A model generated the notes under the pieces. That model saw only the letters and a program-made list of their open reading frames with translations. It was not told where the DNA came from and ran no database searches. Of a stretch of 64,000 bases of DNA, positions 38,727 through 48,369 are shown in pieces (the stretch's first letter is position 1; each line of letters begins with the position of its first letter). A program made the translations under genes and the position numbers. The DNA is from an uncultured Candidatus Rokubacteria bacterium (GTDB lineage Bacteria > Methylomirabilota > Methylomirabilia > Rokubacteriales > DASRDR01), in contig CAWGVS010000012.1 in NCBI GenBank assembly GCA_963826115.1, positions 704,001 through 768,000 on the forward strand, in the 5' to 3' direction.

Positions 38727-39509
38727 GTGAGCACTCTGACGCCCACGAAGAACCTGCTCGATCTCTCCGGCCGCGTCGCCGTCGTGACCGGCGGCACCAA
38801 GGGCATCGGGGAGGCGATCGTTCGCCACCTCGCCGCCGCCGGTGCTCGCGTCACCGCCGTGAGCCGCTCGGCGCCCGGAGCCGCCTCGGGGTCGCCCCGG
38901 GACGGCGAGGTCGTCACGCTTGCCGCCGACGTCGCCCGGAAGGCCGACGTCGACCGCGTGGTCGAGACGGTCGTCGCCCGCCACGGGACCGTGGACATCC
39001 TGGTCAATTGCGCGGGCACCGCGAAGCGCGCGCCGGCCCTCGACCAGGCCGAGGCGGACTGGGAGTACATGATCGAGTTGAACTTGAAGGGCACGGCGTG
39101 GGCGTGCCGGGCGGTGGCGCCCATCATGCGCCGGGCCGGCCGCGGGCGGATCGTCAACATCACGTCGATCGGCGCGGAGTTCGGGCTCGTCAACCGCGCC
39201 GCCTACTGCGCGACGAAGGGCGCGGTCGCCCAGCTGACGCGCTGCCTCGCGCTCGAGTGGGGCCCCTACGGAATCACCGTGAACGCGGTCGGCCCCGGGG
39301 TCACGGTGACGCCGCTGGTGCGGCCGTTCCTCGACGCCAATCCCGGCAAGGAAGACCTGATGAACCGGAAGATTCCGCTCGGCCGCCTCGGGAAGCCCGA
39401 GGACATGGCGGGGGCCGTCGCGTTCCTGGCGTCGGACCTCGCCGCCTACATCACCGGCCAGACCATCTACGTCGACGGCGGGTGGGGCGTTGGCGACCGC
39501 GACTGGTGA
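38727..39509 (+). CDS. short-chain dehydrogenase/reductase
   Basis: TGGTKGIG, NCAG, YCATK, VDGG. Confidence 0.95.
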   Translation: MSTLTPTKNLLDLSGRVAVVTGGTKGIGEAIVRHLAAAGARVTAVSRSAPGAASGSPRDGEVVTLAADVARKADVDRVVETVVARHGTVDILVNCAGTAKRAPALDQAEADWEYMIELNLKGTAWACRAVAPIMRRAGRGRIVNITSIGAEFGLVNRAAYCATKGAVAQLTRCLALEWGPYGITVNAVGPGVTVTPLVRPFLDANPGKEDLMNRKIPLGRLGKPEDMAGAVAFLASDLAAYITGQTIYVDGGWGVGDRDW

Positions 39510-39945
39510 GGCGGCCGCCCGCGACTGGGGGCCCGCGCTCCGGGCGATCCCCCTGGGTCACACGGAGTCGGTCCGGAAGACGATCGGCGAGACCGACGTG
39601 TACCTCTTCGCCGGCATCACCGGCGACTTCTCGGGGGTGCACGTCGACGAGGAGTTCGCGAAGGGGACGCGCTTCGGCGGGCGCATCGCTCACGGCGCCC
39701 TCCTGGTGGGCTTCGTCTCCACGGTGATGGCCCGGATGACGGCCCTTCTCCCGCCCCCCGGCGGCGTCTCCACCCGCTACGAGGTGAAGTTCGTCGGGCC
39801 GGTCCGGATCGGCGACACCGTGACCACGGCGCTCACGCTCGCCGAGACGCGGCCCGAGCGGCGCGAGCTCGTCTTCCGCGCGCGCGCGTCGAACCAGCGC
39901 GGCGAGACCGTCCTCGAGGGGCAGACCGTCATGAAGCTCATCTAG
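39490..39945 (+). CDS. MaoC-like (R)-hydratase
   Basis: FAGITGDFSGVHVD...RIAHG...FVGPVRIGD; start uncertain. Confidence 0.9.
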   Translation: MATATGEAAARDWGPALRAIPLGHTESVRKTIGETDVYLFAGITGDFSGVHVDEEFAKGTRFGGRIAHGALLVGFVSTVMARMTALLPPPGGVSTRYEVKFVGPVRIGDTVTTALTLAETRPERRELVFRARASNQRGETVLEGQTVMKLI

Positions 39946-40032
39946 CGCGCGGAGCGCCCGCGGCGGGCCGGCCGCGGCGGGGCCGCGTGCTATACTCCGG
40001 GCACCGAGCCAGCTCCTCGCGAGGAGGTGTCC

Positions 40033-41505
40033 ATGTCGTCACGCCCCCGCCCCGACCGGGCGCGGCTGCGCGCGGCGTTCCAGGCGATCGTCGGCCCGGA
40101 CGGCGTGCTGACGGAGCCGGACGAGCTGCTCGTCTACGAGTCGGACGGGCTCACCATCTTCCGCGCCACCGCCGACGCGGTGGTCTTCCCGCGGTCCACC
40201 GCCGAGGTCGCCGCCTGCGTCCGGCTGGCCAACGCGGAAGGCCTCCCGTTCGTCGCGCGCGGCGCCGGGACCGGCCTCGCCGGCGGGTGCCTGCCGGCGG
40301 AGGGCGGCGTCGTCATCGCCGTCACTCGCATGGCGCGGATTCTCGAGGTCGACTACGAGAACCAGCTCGCCGTCGTCGAGCCGGGGCTGGTGAACCTCCA
40401 CCTCTCCCAGGCGCTCGCGCCGCGCGGGTTCTACTACGCCCCCGACCCCTCGAGCCAGCTCGCCTGCACGATCGGCGGCAACGTCGCGAACAACTCCGGC
40501 GGCCCGCACACGCTGAAGTACGGGGTCACGACGAACCACGTGCTCGGCGTCGAGGTGGTCCTGCCCGACGGTGAGGTCGTGTGGCTCGGGGGCAAGGTGC
40601 GCGACCCCCAGGGCTACGACCTGGTCGGCCTCTTCGTGGGCTCGGAGGGGACCTTCGGCATCGTCACCAAGGTCGTGGTGCGGATCGTGCGCCGGCCGCC
40701 CGCCGTCCGCACGCTCCTCGCGGTGTTCGACCAGCTCGACCAGGCGTCGCAGACCGTAGCGGCCATCACGGCGCGCGGGCTCACGCCCGCCGCGATCGAG
40801 ATGATCGACCAGCTCACCATCCAGGCCGTCGAGGACGCGTTCGGCGCCGGGTACCCGCGCGACGCGGCGGCGGCACTGCTCATCGAGCTCGACGGGCTCG
40901 AGGTCGGGCTCGACGAGGAGGCCGAGCAGGTGGTCGCGGCCTGCCGCGAGACCGGCGCCCGCGAGATCCGGCGCGCCGCGAACGAGGCGGAGCGGCAGCT
41001 CCTGTGGAAGGGGCGGAAGCACGCGTTCGGCGCCTACGGGCGCGTGGCCCCCGCGTACATGGTGATGGACGGCGTGATCCCGCGGACGCGCCTCCCCGAG
41101 ATCCTGCGCCGCATCGAGCGGATCGTGACGACCCACGATCTCCGGGTCGGCAACGTCTTCCACGCCGGCGACGGGAACCTCCACCCGAACATCCTCTACG
41201 ATCCCCGGCGGCCGGGCGAGGAGGCGCGCGTCCTGACCGCAGGCGCCGAGATCATGCGCGCCTGCGTGGACGTGGGCGGCACGATCTCGGGCGAGCACGG
41301 CATCGGGCTCGAGAAGCGCGACTTCATGCCGTGGATCTTCTCCGAGGCCGACCTCGCCACGATGGCCGCGGTGAAGGGGGTGTTCAATCCCACGGGCCGG
41401 TGCAACCCCGGCAAGATCTTTCCGACCAAGAAGTCGTGCGCGCCGGGCGAGATCGCCTACCAGCCGCATCCGCTCGAGGCCAGCGGGCTGATCCAGCGCC
41501 TCTGA
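40033..41505 (+). CDS. glcD: glycolate oxidase FAD subunit GlcD-like
   Basis: RGAGTGLAGG, PDPSSQ, GSEGTFG, HAGDGNLHP, GEHGIG; extended -10 TGCTATACT and GGAGG upstream. Confidence 0.9.
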   Translation: MSSRPRPDRARLRAAFQAIVGPDGVLTEPDELLVYESDGLTIFRATADAVVFPRSTAEVAACVRLANAEGLPFVARGAGTGLAGGCLPAEGGVVIAVTRMARILEVDYENQLAVVEPGLVNLHLSQALAPRGFYYAPDPSSQLACTIGGNVANNSGGPHTLKYGVTTNHVLGVEVVLPDGEVVWLGGKVRDPQGYDLVGLFVGSEGTFGIVTKVVVRIVRRPPAVRTLLAVFDQLDQASQTVAAITARGLTPAAIEMIDQLTIQAVEDAFGAGYPRDAAAALLIELDGLEVGLDEEAEQVVAACRETGAREIRRAANEAERQLLWKGRKHAFGAYGRVAPAYMVMDGVIPRTRLPEILRRIERIVTTHDLRVGNVFHAGDGNLHPNILYDPRRPGEEARVLTAGAEIMRACVDVGGTISGEHGIGLEKRDFMPWIFSEADLATMAAVKGVFNPTGRCNPGKIFPTKKSCAPGEIAYQPHPLEASGLIQRL

Positions 41506-41529
41506 GGCGCGCGCGGCGCGCCGCCCGGC

Positions 41530-42873
41530 ATGACCACCGCCCTGCTCCAGACCCTCGCCGAGATCGTCGGGCCGGCGCACTGTCTCGCCGGCGCCGACCG
41601 GGCCCCCTACGTCGTGGACGGGCGGACGCCCTGTGGCGTCGTCCTCCCGGGCTCGGCCGACGAGGTGGCGCGCGCCGTGCGGGCCGCCGGGGCCGCCGGG
41701 GTGCCGGTGCTCCCGTGGGGCGGCGGGACCCAGATGTCGCGGGGCGCCCCGCCGCAGGACGGGGCGCTCGTCGTCAGTCTCCGGCGGATGAGCCGCGTCG
41801 TCGAGCACGAGCCGGGCGACCTCACGGCGACGGCGGAGGCCGGGATCACGTTCGATGCGCTCGAGCGCGCGCTCGGCGCGCGCGGCCAGTGGCTGCCGCT
41901 CGATCCGCCCGCGCCGGCGGAGGCGACGCTCGGCGGCGCGCTCGCCGCCAACAGCGCGGGCCCGCGCCGGCAGGGGTACGGCACCGCGCGTGACCTCGTG
42001 ATCGGCATCCGCGTGGTGGCGGCCGACGGCCAGGTCGTGCGCGCCGGCGGGAAGGTCGTGAAGAACGTGGCCGGGTACGACCTCGCGAAGCTCTACATCG
42101 GCTCCCACGGGACGCTCGGGATCATCGTGGACGCGACCGTGAAGCTCCGGCCCCGGCCGGAGACGGAGGGCGCCTGCTGGGCCGTGTTCCCGTCGCTCGA
42201 CCTCGCGGCGGCTGGCGCGACGCTCCTCGCCGGCTCCGAGCTCGGCCCGGTGGCGCTCGCGCTCTTGGACGCGGGGGCCGCGCGCGCCGCCGCGCCGGCC
42301 ATCGGCCTCGCGGCGGGCGGTGGGCCCGCCGTCCTGGCCGCGTACGATGGGCTCGGGCGCACGGTCGCGTGGCAGGCGGAGGAGACGACCCGGCGGCTCC
42401 GCGCCGCCGGCGCCCGGGCGGTCGAGGTCCTCGACGCTCCCGCCACCACGCGCGCGCTCGAGGTGGTGCGTGAGGCGCGCCATCTCCTCGCGAATCCGAT
42501 GGCGGTCGCGACGGCGGGCCTCCTGCCGGCGGACCTCGGCGCGTACATCGACGGCGCGCTGGCGACGGCGCGCGCCGCGGGGTTCGAGGCCGCCGCCGTC
42601 GCGCAGGCCGGCCACGGGCTGGTCACGCTCCTCCTCGCCCCGGCCGGCGCGGCGCGGCCGGGCGCGGTGGCGGCGGGCGTGCTCGCGGCGTGGCGGGACG
42701 CGGCGCGCGCCCGAGCCGGGCACCTCACGATCGAGTGGGCGCCGCTCGGCGTGCGCGAGGCGTGCCCGGTGTGGGACCCGCCCGGGCCGAGCGTCGCGCT
42801 CATGCGCGGGCTGAAGGCGAAGCTCGATCCCGCGGGCGTGCTGAACCCCGGGCGCTTCGTGGCGGGCATCTGA
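41530..42873 (+). CDS. glcE: glycolate oxidase subunit GlcE-like
   Basis: GGKVVKNVAGYDL, GSHGTLG, DPAGVLNPGRF. Confidence 0.88.
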   Translation: MTTALLQTLAEIVGPAHCLAGADRAPYVVDGRTPCGVVLPGSADEVARAVRAAGAAGVPVLPWGGGTQMSRGAPPQDGALVVSLRRMSRVVEHEPGDLTATAEAGITFDALERALGARGQWLPLDPPAPAEATLGGALAANSAGPRRQGYGTARDLVIGIRVVAADGQVVRAGGKVVKNVAGYDLAKLYIGSHGTLGIIVDATVKLRPRPETEGACWAVFPSLDLAAAGATLLAGSELGPVALALLDAGAARAAAPAIGLAAGGGPAVLAAYDGLGRTVAWQAEETTRRLRAAGARAVEVLDAPATTRALEVVREARHLLANPMAVATAGLLPADLGAYIDGALATARAAGFEAAAVAQAGHGLVTLLLAPAGAARPGAVAAGVLAAWRDAARARAGHLTIEWAPLGVREACPVWDPPGPSVALMRGLKAKLDPAGVLNPGRFVAGI

Positions 42874-44213
42874 TGGCCGGGGGCGCGACCGTCACGCCGG
42901 CGCCCGGCGGCGCGCCGCCGGGAGTCCTCGCGGAGCTCGAGTACGGCCAGCTCCTCCAGTGCGTCCACTGCGGGCTGTGCCTCCCGAGCTGTCCGACGTA
43001 CGCGGAGCTCGGCCAGGAGCCCGACTCGCCGCGCGGCCGCATCTACCTCATCAAGGCGCTGGCCGACGGCCGGATCGGGCTCTCCGACGCCGCGGCCGCC
43101 CACCTGTCGCTCTGTCTCGGCTGCCGCGCCTGCGAGACCGCGTGCCCCTCGGGCGTTCAGTACGGCCACCTGATCGAGGCCGGGCGCGCCGAGCTCGAGA
43201 CACGACGCCCGGGCTCTCCCCTGCGTCGCCTCGTTCGCCGCGTTGCGTTCGGGACCCTCCTGCCCCGTCCCGCGCTCCTGCGCCTGGTCGCGGGCGCGCT
43301 CCGCGTCTACCAGCGGAGCGGGCTCCAGCGCCTGGTGCGAGCGAGCGGGGTCCTGCGCCTGTTCCCGGCGACGGTCGGAGCCTCGGAGGCTCTGCTCCCG
43401 CCGCTCCCGCCGGCCGGGGCGGGCGGTGCGCTTCCCGAGGTGACGACGGCCCGCGGCGCGCGGAAGGGATGCGTCGCGCTCCTCCACGGCTGCGTGCAGG
43501 ACGCGGTGTTCCGCCCGCACAACGAGGCGACGATCCGGTGCCTCACGCGCCAGGGCCTGGAGGTCCGGGTGCCGCGCGCCCAGGGCTGCTGCGGCGCGCT
43601 CCACGCCCACGCGGGCGAACCCGAGATGGCGCGCGCGCTCGCCCGCGCGACGATCGCCGCCTTCGAGGCGTCGGAGCTCGAGGCCGTCGTCGTCAACGCG
43701 GCCGGGTGCGGGGCGCACATGAAGGCGTACGGGCACCTCCTCCGCCACGACCCCGCGTGGACCGCGCGGGCGGCGGCCTTCGCGAAGAAGGTCGCCGACG
43801 TCACGGAGGTGCTCGCGCGGGTCCCGCTCGCGACGCCGCTCGGGCCGCTACCGCTCCGGGCGACGTACCACGACCCGTGCCACCTGGTCCACGGGCAGAA
43901 GGTCCGGAACGAGCCCCGCGCGCTTCTCCGCGCGGTGCCCGGGCTCGAGCTGGCCGAGCTCGGCGAGGCCGAGATGTGCTGCGGCTCGGCCGGGATCTAC
44001 AACCTCACCGAGCCCCAGATGGCGCAGCGGCTCCTCGACCGCAAGATGGCGCACGTCGAGGCGACGGGCGCCGAGACCGTGGTGACGGCGAACCCGGGGT
44101 GCATCCTCCAGCTCGCGGCGGGCCTCCGCGCCCGGGGCCGGAACGTGGAGGTGCTCCACGTCGTGGAGGTGCTGGACCGCGCGTACCAGGCCGCGGAGCG
44201 CCGGGCGCCGTGA
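42873..44213 (+). CDS. glcF: glycolate oxidase Fe-S subunit GlcF-like
   Basis: CVHCGLCLPSCPTY, CLGCRACETACPSGV, CCG domains. Confidence 0.9.
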   Translation: MAGGATVTPAPGGAPPGVLAELEYGQLLQCVHCGLCLPSCPTYAELGQEPDSPRGRIYLIKALADGRIGLSDAAAAHLSLCLGCRACETACPSGVQYGHLIEAGRAELETRRPGSPLRRLVRRVAFGTLLPRPALLRLVAGALRVYQRSGLQRLVRASGVLRLFPATVGASEALLPPLPPAGAGGALPEVTTARGARKGCVALLHGCVQDAVFRPHNEATIRCLTRQGLEVRVPRAQGCCGALHAHAGEPEMARALARATIAAFEASELEAVVVNAAGCGAHMKAYGHLLRHDPAWTARAAAFAKKVADVTEVLARVPLATPLGPLPLRATYHDPCHLVHGQKVRNEPRALLRAVPGLELAELGEAEMCCGSAGIYNLTEPQMAQRLLDRKMAHVEATGAETVVTANPGCILQLAAGLRARGRNVEVLHVVEVLDRAYQAAERRAP

Positions 44214-44740
44214 CGGACCCGGCCGCGCCGGGCCGCTCGCCCGTCGAGGAGCACAAGGCCCACGCGCCCGCGCGGGTGCGGTGCGTCGTGTGCACGGTCT
44301 CCGACTCGAAGACGCCGGAGACCGATACCAGCGGGCGGCTCATCCGCGAGCTCCTCGTGGCCGCCGGGCACGAGGTGGTCGGCCACCACCTGGTCAAGGA
44401 CGAGCCGAGTCAGGTCCACGCGGTGATCCATCAGGCGTGCGCCCATCCCTCCGTCCAGGTCCTCATCTTCACGGGCGGCACGGGCATCGCGCCGCGAGAC
44501 CAGACGTTCGAGGCGATCGACGCGCTCCTCGAGAAGCGGCTCCCGGGCTTCGGAGAGCTCTTCCGGTGGCTCTCCTACCAGGAGATCGGGTCGGCGGCGA
44601 TGCTGTCCCGGGCCCAGGCGGGCATCCGGGCCGGGCGCACGATCTTCTCCCTGCCCGGCTCGCCGGCGGCGTGCCGACTCGCCGTCGAACGCCTGATCCT
44701 CCCCGAGCTCTCGCACATCGCGGGGCTCCTCGGCCGCTGA
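44210..44740 (+). CDS. moaB: molybdenum cofactor biosynthesis protein MoaB/Mog
   Basis: TVSDS, DTSG, TGGTGIAPRD, LPGFGELFR, SRAQAG, LPGSP. Confidence 0.9.
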   Translation: MTDPAAPGRSPVEEHKAHAPARVRCVVCTVSDSKTPETDTSGRLIRELLVAAGHEVVGHHLVKDEPSQVHAVIHQACAHPSVQVLIFTGGTGIAPRDQTFEAIDALLEKRLPGFGELFRWLSYQEIGSAAMLSRAQAGIRAGRTIFSLPGSPAACRLAVERLILPELSHIAGLLGR

Positions 44741-44795
44741 TCTCGGATAGAGTGGGAGCGCACGGCCCGCGGGGCGGGGCGGCGAGGAGGACAAC

Positions 44796-45884
44796 ATGAG
44801 GGCAGCTCGGTGGGGAATCCTCGGCGTCGTCCTGACGGTCACGATGGCGGGGCCCGCCGGGGCGCAGCCGACGCCGCTCGGGTCGGACCCACTCTGGCGC
44901 GATGGGCCGGGCGTGACGCCGGAACCGGAGCTCCTCCGCCTCAACGCCGCGCTCACGCGGCTCGCCGACCAGCTGCGGCCAGCCCTGGTGCAGATCCGCG
45001 TCCAGCGGCCGATGGAGGAGCCGGAGTCCGAGGACGCCCCGCGGCGCGCGCTCGGATCGGGCTTCGTCATCCACCCGAGCGGGTACGTCGTCACGAACGC
45101 CCACGTCGTCGAGCGCTCGGCGACGGTGCAGGTGCGGCTCGCGTCGGGCAAGCGGCTCGCGGGCACGGTGATCGGGCGGGACCGCCGGGTCGATTTGGCG
45201 CTCGTCAAGGTGGAGGTCGTGGAGGCGCTGCCGGTCCTGCCCCTCGGCGATTCCGAGCGCCTCGCGGTGGGCGAGCTCGTCCTGGCCCTCGGGCACCCCT
45301 TCGGGCTCGAGCAGACCGTCTCGCTCGGCATCGTGAGCCGGAAGGGCGCGCCCCTCCAGGCCGCGGCGCCCGGCTTCGACTTCATCCAGACCGACGCGGC
45401 GGTGAATCCCGGGAACTCCGGCGGCCCGCTGGTCGACATGGGCGGGCGGGTCGTGGGCGTGAACACGATGGCCGCCCGCAACGGCTCCATCGGCTTCGCG
45501 ATTCCGATCAACCTCATCAAGACGCTCCTCCCCCAGCTCCTCGCCAAGGGCGCGGTGGAGTGGGGGTGGATCGGCGTCCGGATCGACGAGATCACCGAGG
45601 AGAACGTCCGCGACTACGGGCTCGACACGCCGCGCGGCGTCGGCATCGAGGGCGTGCTCCCGGGCCAGCCGGCGGCCCAGGCGGGCATCCGCGCGAAGGA
45701 CGTCATCCTCCAGGTCGACGGGCAGCCCATCGGGAGCCCGCGCGAGCTCCAGCGCGTCATCGCGACCGCGCCCGTGGGGACGCCCGTCCGCGTCTCGCTC
45801 TGGCGAGACGGTCAGGCGCAGGAGCTGACGGTGACGGTGGGTCGCTCTCCGGAGGAAGACGCGCCGCCGCGCGTGCCGCGCTGA
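44796..45884 (+). CDS. HtrA/DegP-family serine protease with one PDZ domain
   Basis: signal peptide, GSGF, TNAHV, IQTDAAVNPGNSGGPL. Confidence 0.95.
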   Translation: MRAARWGILGVVLTVTMAGPAGAQPTPLGSDPLWRDGPGVTPEPELLRLNAALTRLADQLRPALVQIRVQRPMEEPESEDAPRRALGSGFVIHPSGYVVTNAHVVERSATVQVRLASGKRLAGTVIGRDRRVDLALVKVEVVEALPVLPLGDSERLAVGELVLALGHPFGLEQTVSLGIVSRKGAPLQAAAPGFDFIQTDAAVNPGNSGGPLVDMGGRVVGVNTMAARNGSIGFAIPINLIKTLLPQLLAKGAVEWGWIGVRIDEITEENVRDYGLDTPRGVGIEGVLPGQPAAQAGIRAKDVILQVDGQPIGSPRELQRVIATAPVGTPVRVSLWRDGQAQELTVTVGRSPEEDAPPRVPR

Positions 45885-45900
45885 CGGGGGCGACCGGGCG

Positions 45901-47085
45901 TCAGCGCCCGGTCGGTTCCGGCGCGGCGCAGGCCTCGTCGCCCGCGGCGTGGATCGAGAGGTCGCGGATCGTGGGGGCCTCGCCGCAGAGCGGGCACTTC
46001 GGATCCTTCCGGAGCCGCACCTCGCGGAAGCGCATCCCCAGCGCGTCGTAGGTCAGGAGCCGCCCGATCAGGAGCTCCCCCTTGCCGAGGATGAGCTTCA
46101 CCGTCTCGGTCGCCTGCACCACCCCGATGAGTCCCGGGAGCACGCCCAGGACGCCGGCCTCGTTTCAGGACGGGACGAGGCCCGCGGGGGGCGGGACCGG
46201 GTACAGGCAGCGGTAGCAGGGCCCGCGCTCGGGGGCGAGGACGGTGACCATGCCCTCGAACTGGAAGATCGAGCCGTGGACGTTCGGCTTCCCGGCGAGG
46301 TAGCACGCGTCGTTGACGAGGTACCGCGTGGCAAAGTTGTCGGACCCGTCGACGATGACGTCGTAGTCCTTGATGATCCGCTCGATGTTGTCGACCGTGA
46401 TCCGCTCGGCGTACGGGACCACCGTCACGTCCGGGTTCAGCGCGGTGATCGTGTCGCGCGCGGATTCGACCTTCGGCCGCCCGACGTCCGACGTCCGGTG
46501 GAGCACCTGGCGCTGGAGGTTCGAGAGGTCCACCACGTCGTCGTCGACGACGCCGAGCGTGCCGACGCCGGCCGCCGCGAGGTAGAGCGCCGTCGGCGAG
46601 CCAAGGCCCCCCGCGCCGATCAGCAGCACCTTCGCGCGGAGCAGCGCCTTCTGCCCGGGCTCCCCCACCTGCGTCAGCATGAAGTGGCGGCTGTAGCGCT
46701 CCATCTGGTCCGCGGTGAGGGGCTGGTCCTTGACCAGGGGGAGCTTCAGATCCTTCCACCGCCGGATGCCCCCCGCCATCGAGGTCACGTTCGTGTACCC
46801 GAGGTCGTGGAGGACCTTGCCCGCGAGGAGGGAGCGGAGCCCGGAGAGGCAGTAGAGCGTGAGCGGCGTCTCCGGATCGGGGAACGCCTCCGGGACCTTG
46901 AACTCGAGGAACCCGCGGCTGATCGGCACGGCCCCCGCGACGGCGCCCTCCCGGTACTCGTCGGGGTCCCGCACGTCGATGAGGTTGACGGCCTCGCCGC
47001 GGGCGATGCGGCCCTGCACGTCCTCGACGGTGACCTCGGGGACGGCGCGCTTGGCGTCGGCGACCAGATCGCGATAGGTCTTCAT
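45901..47085 (-). CDS. moeB: rhodanese-MoeB/ThiF fusion (MoeZ-like) with in-frame UGA at 46165-46167; probable selenoprotein, 394 aa
   Basis: YCLSGLRS rhodanese, RYSRH, GAGGLGS, SNLQRQ, PCYRCLYP, then LVPS*NEAGVLGVLPG in the same frame, then CPLC. Confidence 0.88.
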
Positions 47086-47271
47086 GGCTCGGTGGCTCCT
47101 CGGGTGCCGGCGATGCCAGATGCAGGCTCCCTTGCGGCCCGCTCGGTCGTGGAGATTACCACATATCCCGATCGGGTCACGGGGGATATTTCCTCCTTGA
47201 GCGCCCCGGATGGCCGGCGCTACACTGAAGGGCCGGGCTAGAGTGCAAAATTGGATAATGTTGGCTGCTAG

Positions 47272-48369
47272 ATGCGGATCGCGATCGACGCGCGCCTGTG
47301 GGCGGAGCCCCGGAGCGGAATCGGCCGGTACACCCGGGCGCTGACCGACCATCTCCTCCGACTGGCCCCGGAGGAGACGTGGGTGCTCTACGTCGACCGG
47401 CCCCCGGGGCCGACCGGCCCCGGGGTAGAAGTGCGATGTCTGCCCTGGCCCCAGCGTCTCCTCTGGTCGCTTTGGCACGCTCCCCGCGACCTCCGCCGGC
47501 ATCCCGTCGATGTCTTCCACGGCGTGACGGGGTTCGAGCTGCCGGGTCGCGGGCCGTGGGCACTCGTCACGACCGTCCACGACCTCGTGCCGTTCCGCTT
47601 CCCCCACCTGGTGCCCGCGCGGCACCGCTGGGCGGTGCGGGCCCTCCTCGGGCCGGCGCTCCGTCGGGCCCGGCGCGTCATCGCCGTCTCGGAGGCCACG
47701 CGCGCCGAGCTCCTGGCGCGCTACCGGCTGCCGCCGGCGCGGGTCGTCGTGGTGCCCGAGGCGGCGGCGACCCACTTCGCGCCGCCTGCCCCCGACGCGC
47801 TCGCGAGGGCACGCGCGCGCTACGGGCTCGCGCGCCCGTACGTCCTCTTCGTCGGCCTTCTCGAGCCGAAGAAGAACCTCGAGGCCCTGCTCGCGGCGGT
47901 CGCCCGGCTCCGCCGGGACGGCGCGTGGGGCGACACGGAGCTCGTCGTCGTGGGCGCGCCCGGGTGGGGGCCGGCGCCGGCGGCGCGGGCCCACGCGCTC
48001 GGGCTCGACGGCGCGGTGCGCTTCGTGGGGCCGGCCCCGGACGCGGATCTCCCGGCGCTCTACGGCGGCGCCCTCGCCTTCGCGTTCCCGTCGCTCTGGG
48101 AGGGCTTCGGGCTGCCGGTGCTCGAGGCGATGGCGGCCGGCGCGCCGGTCGTCGCCTCGAACCGGGGCGCCCTCCCGGAGGTCACGGGGGGCGCGGCGCT
48201 CCTCGTCGAGCCCGCGCCCGATCCGCTCGCGGAGGGGCTCGCCCGGATCCTCGCCGACGCGGACCTCCGGGCGCGCCTCCGCGAGGCGGGGCTCCGGCGC
48301 GCCGCGGCGTTCTCCTGGGAGCGCACGGCGCGCGAGACGCTGGCGGTGTACCGCGGGGCGGCGGCGTGA
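47272..48369 (+). CDS. GT4 glycosyltransferase
   Basis: TVHDL, EPKKN, EGFGLPVLEAM. Confidence 0.93.
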   Translation: MRIAIDARLWAEPRSGIGRYTRALTDHLLRLAPEETWVLYVDRPPGPTGPGVEVRCLPWPQRLLWSLWHAPRDLRRHPVDVFHGVTGFELPGRGPWALVTTVHDLVPFRFPHLVPARHRWAVRALLGPALRRARRVIAVSEATRAELLARYRLPPARVVVVPEAAATHFAPPAPDALARARARYGLARPYVLFVGLLEPKKNLEALLAAVARLRRDGAWGDTELVVVGAPGWGPAPAARAHALGLDGAVRFVGPAPDADLPALYGGALAFAFPSLWEGFGLPVLEAMAAGAPVVASNRGALPEVTGGAALLVEPAPDPLAEGLARILADADLRARLREAGLRRAAAFSWERTARETLAVYRGAAA

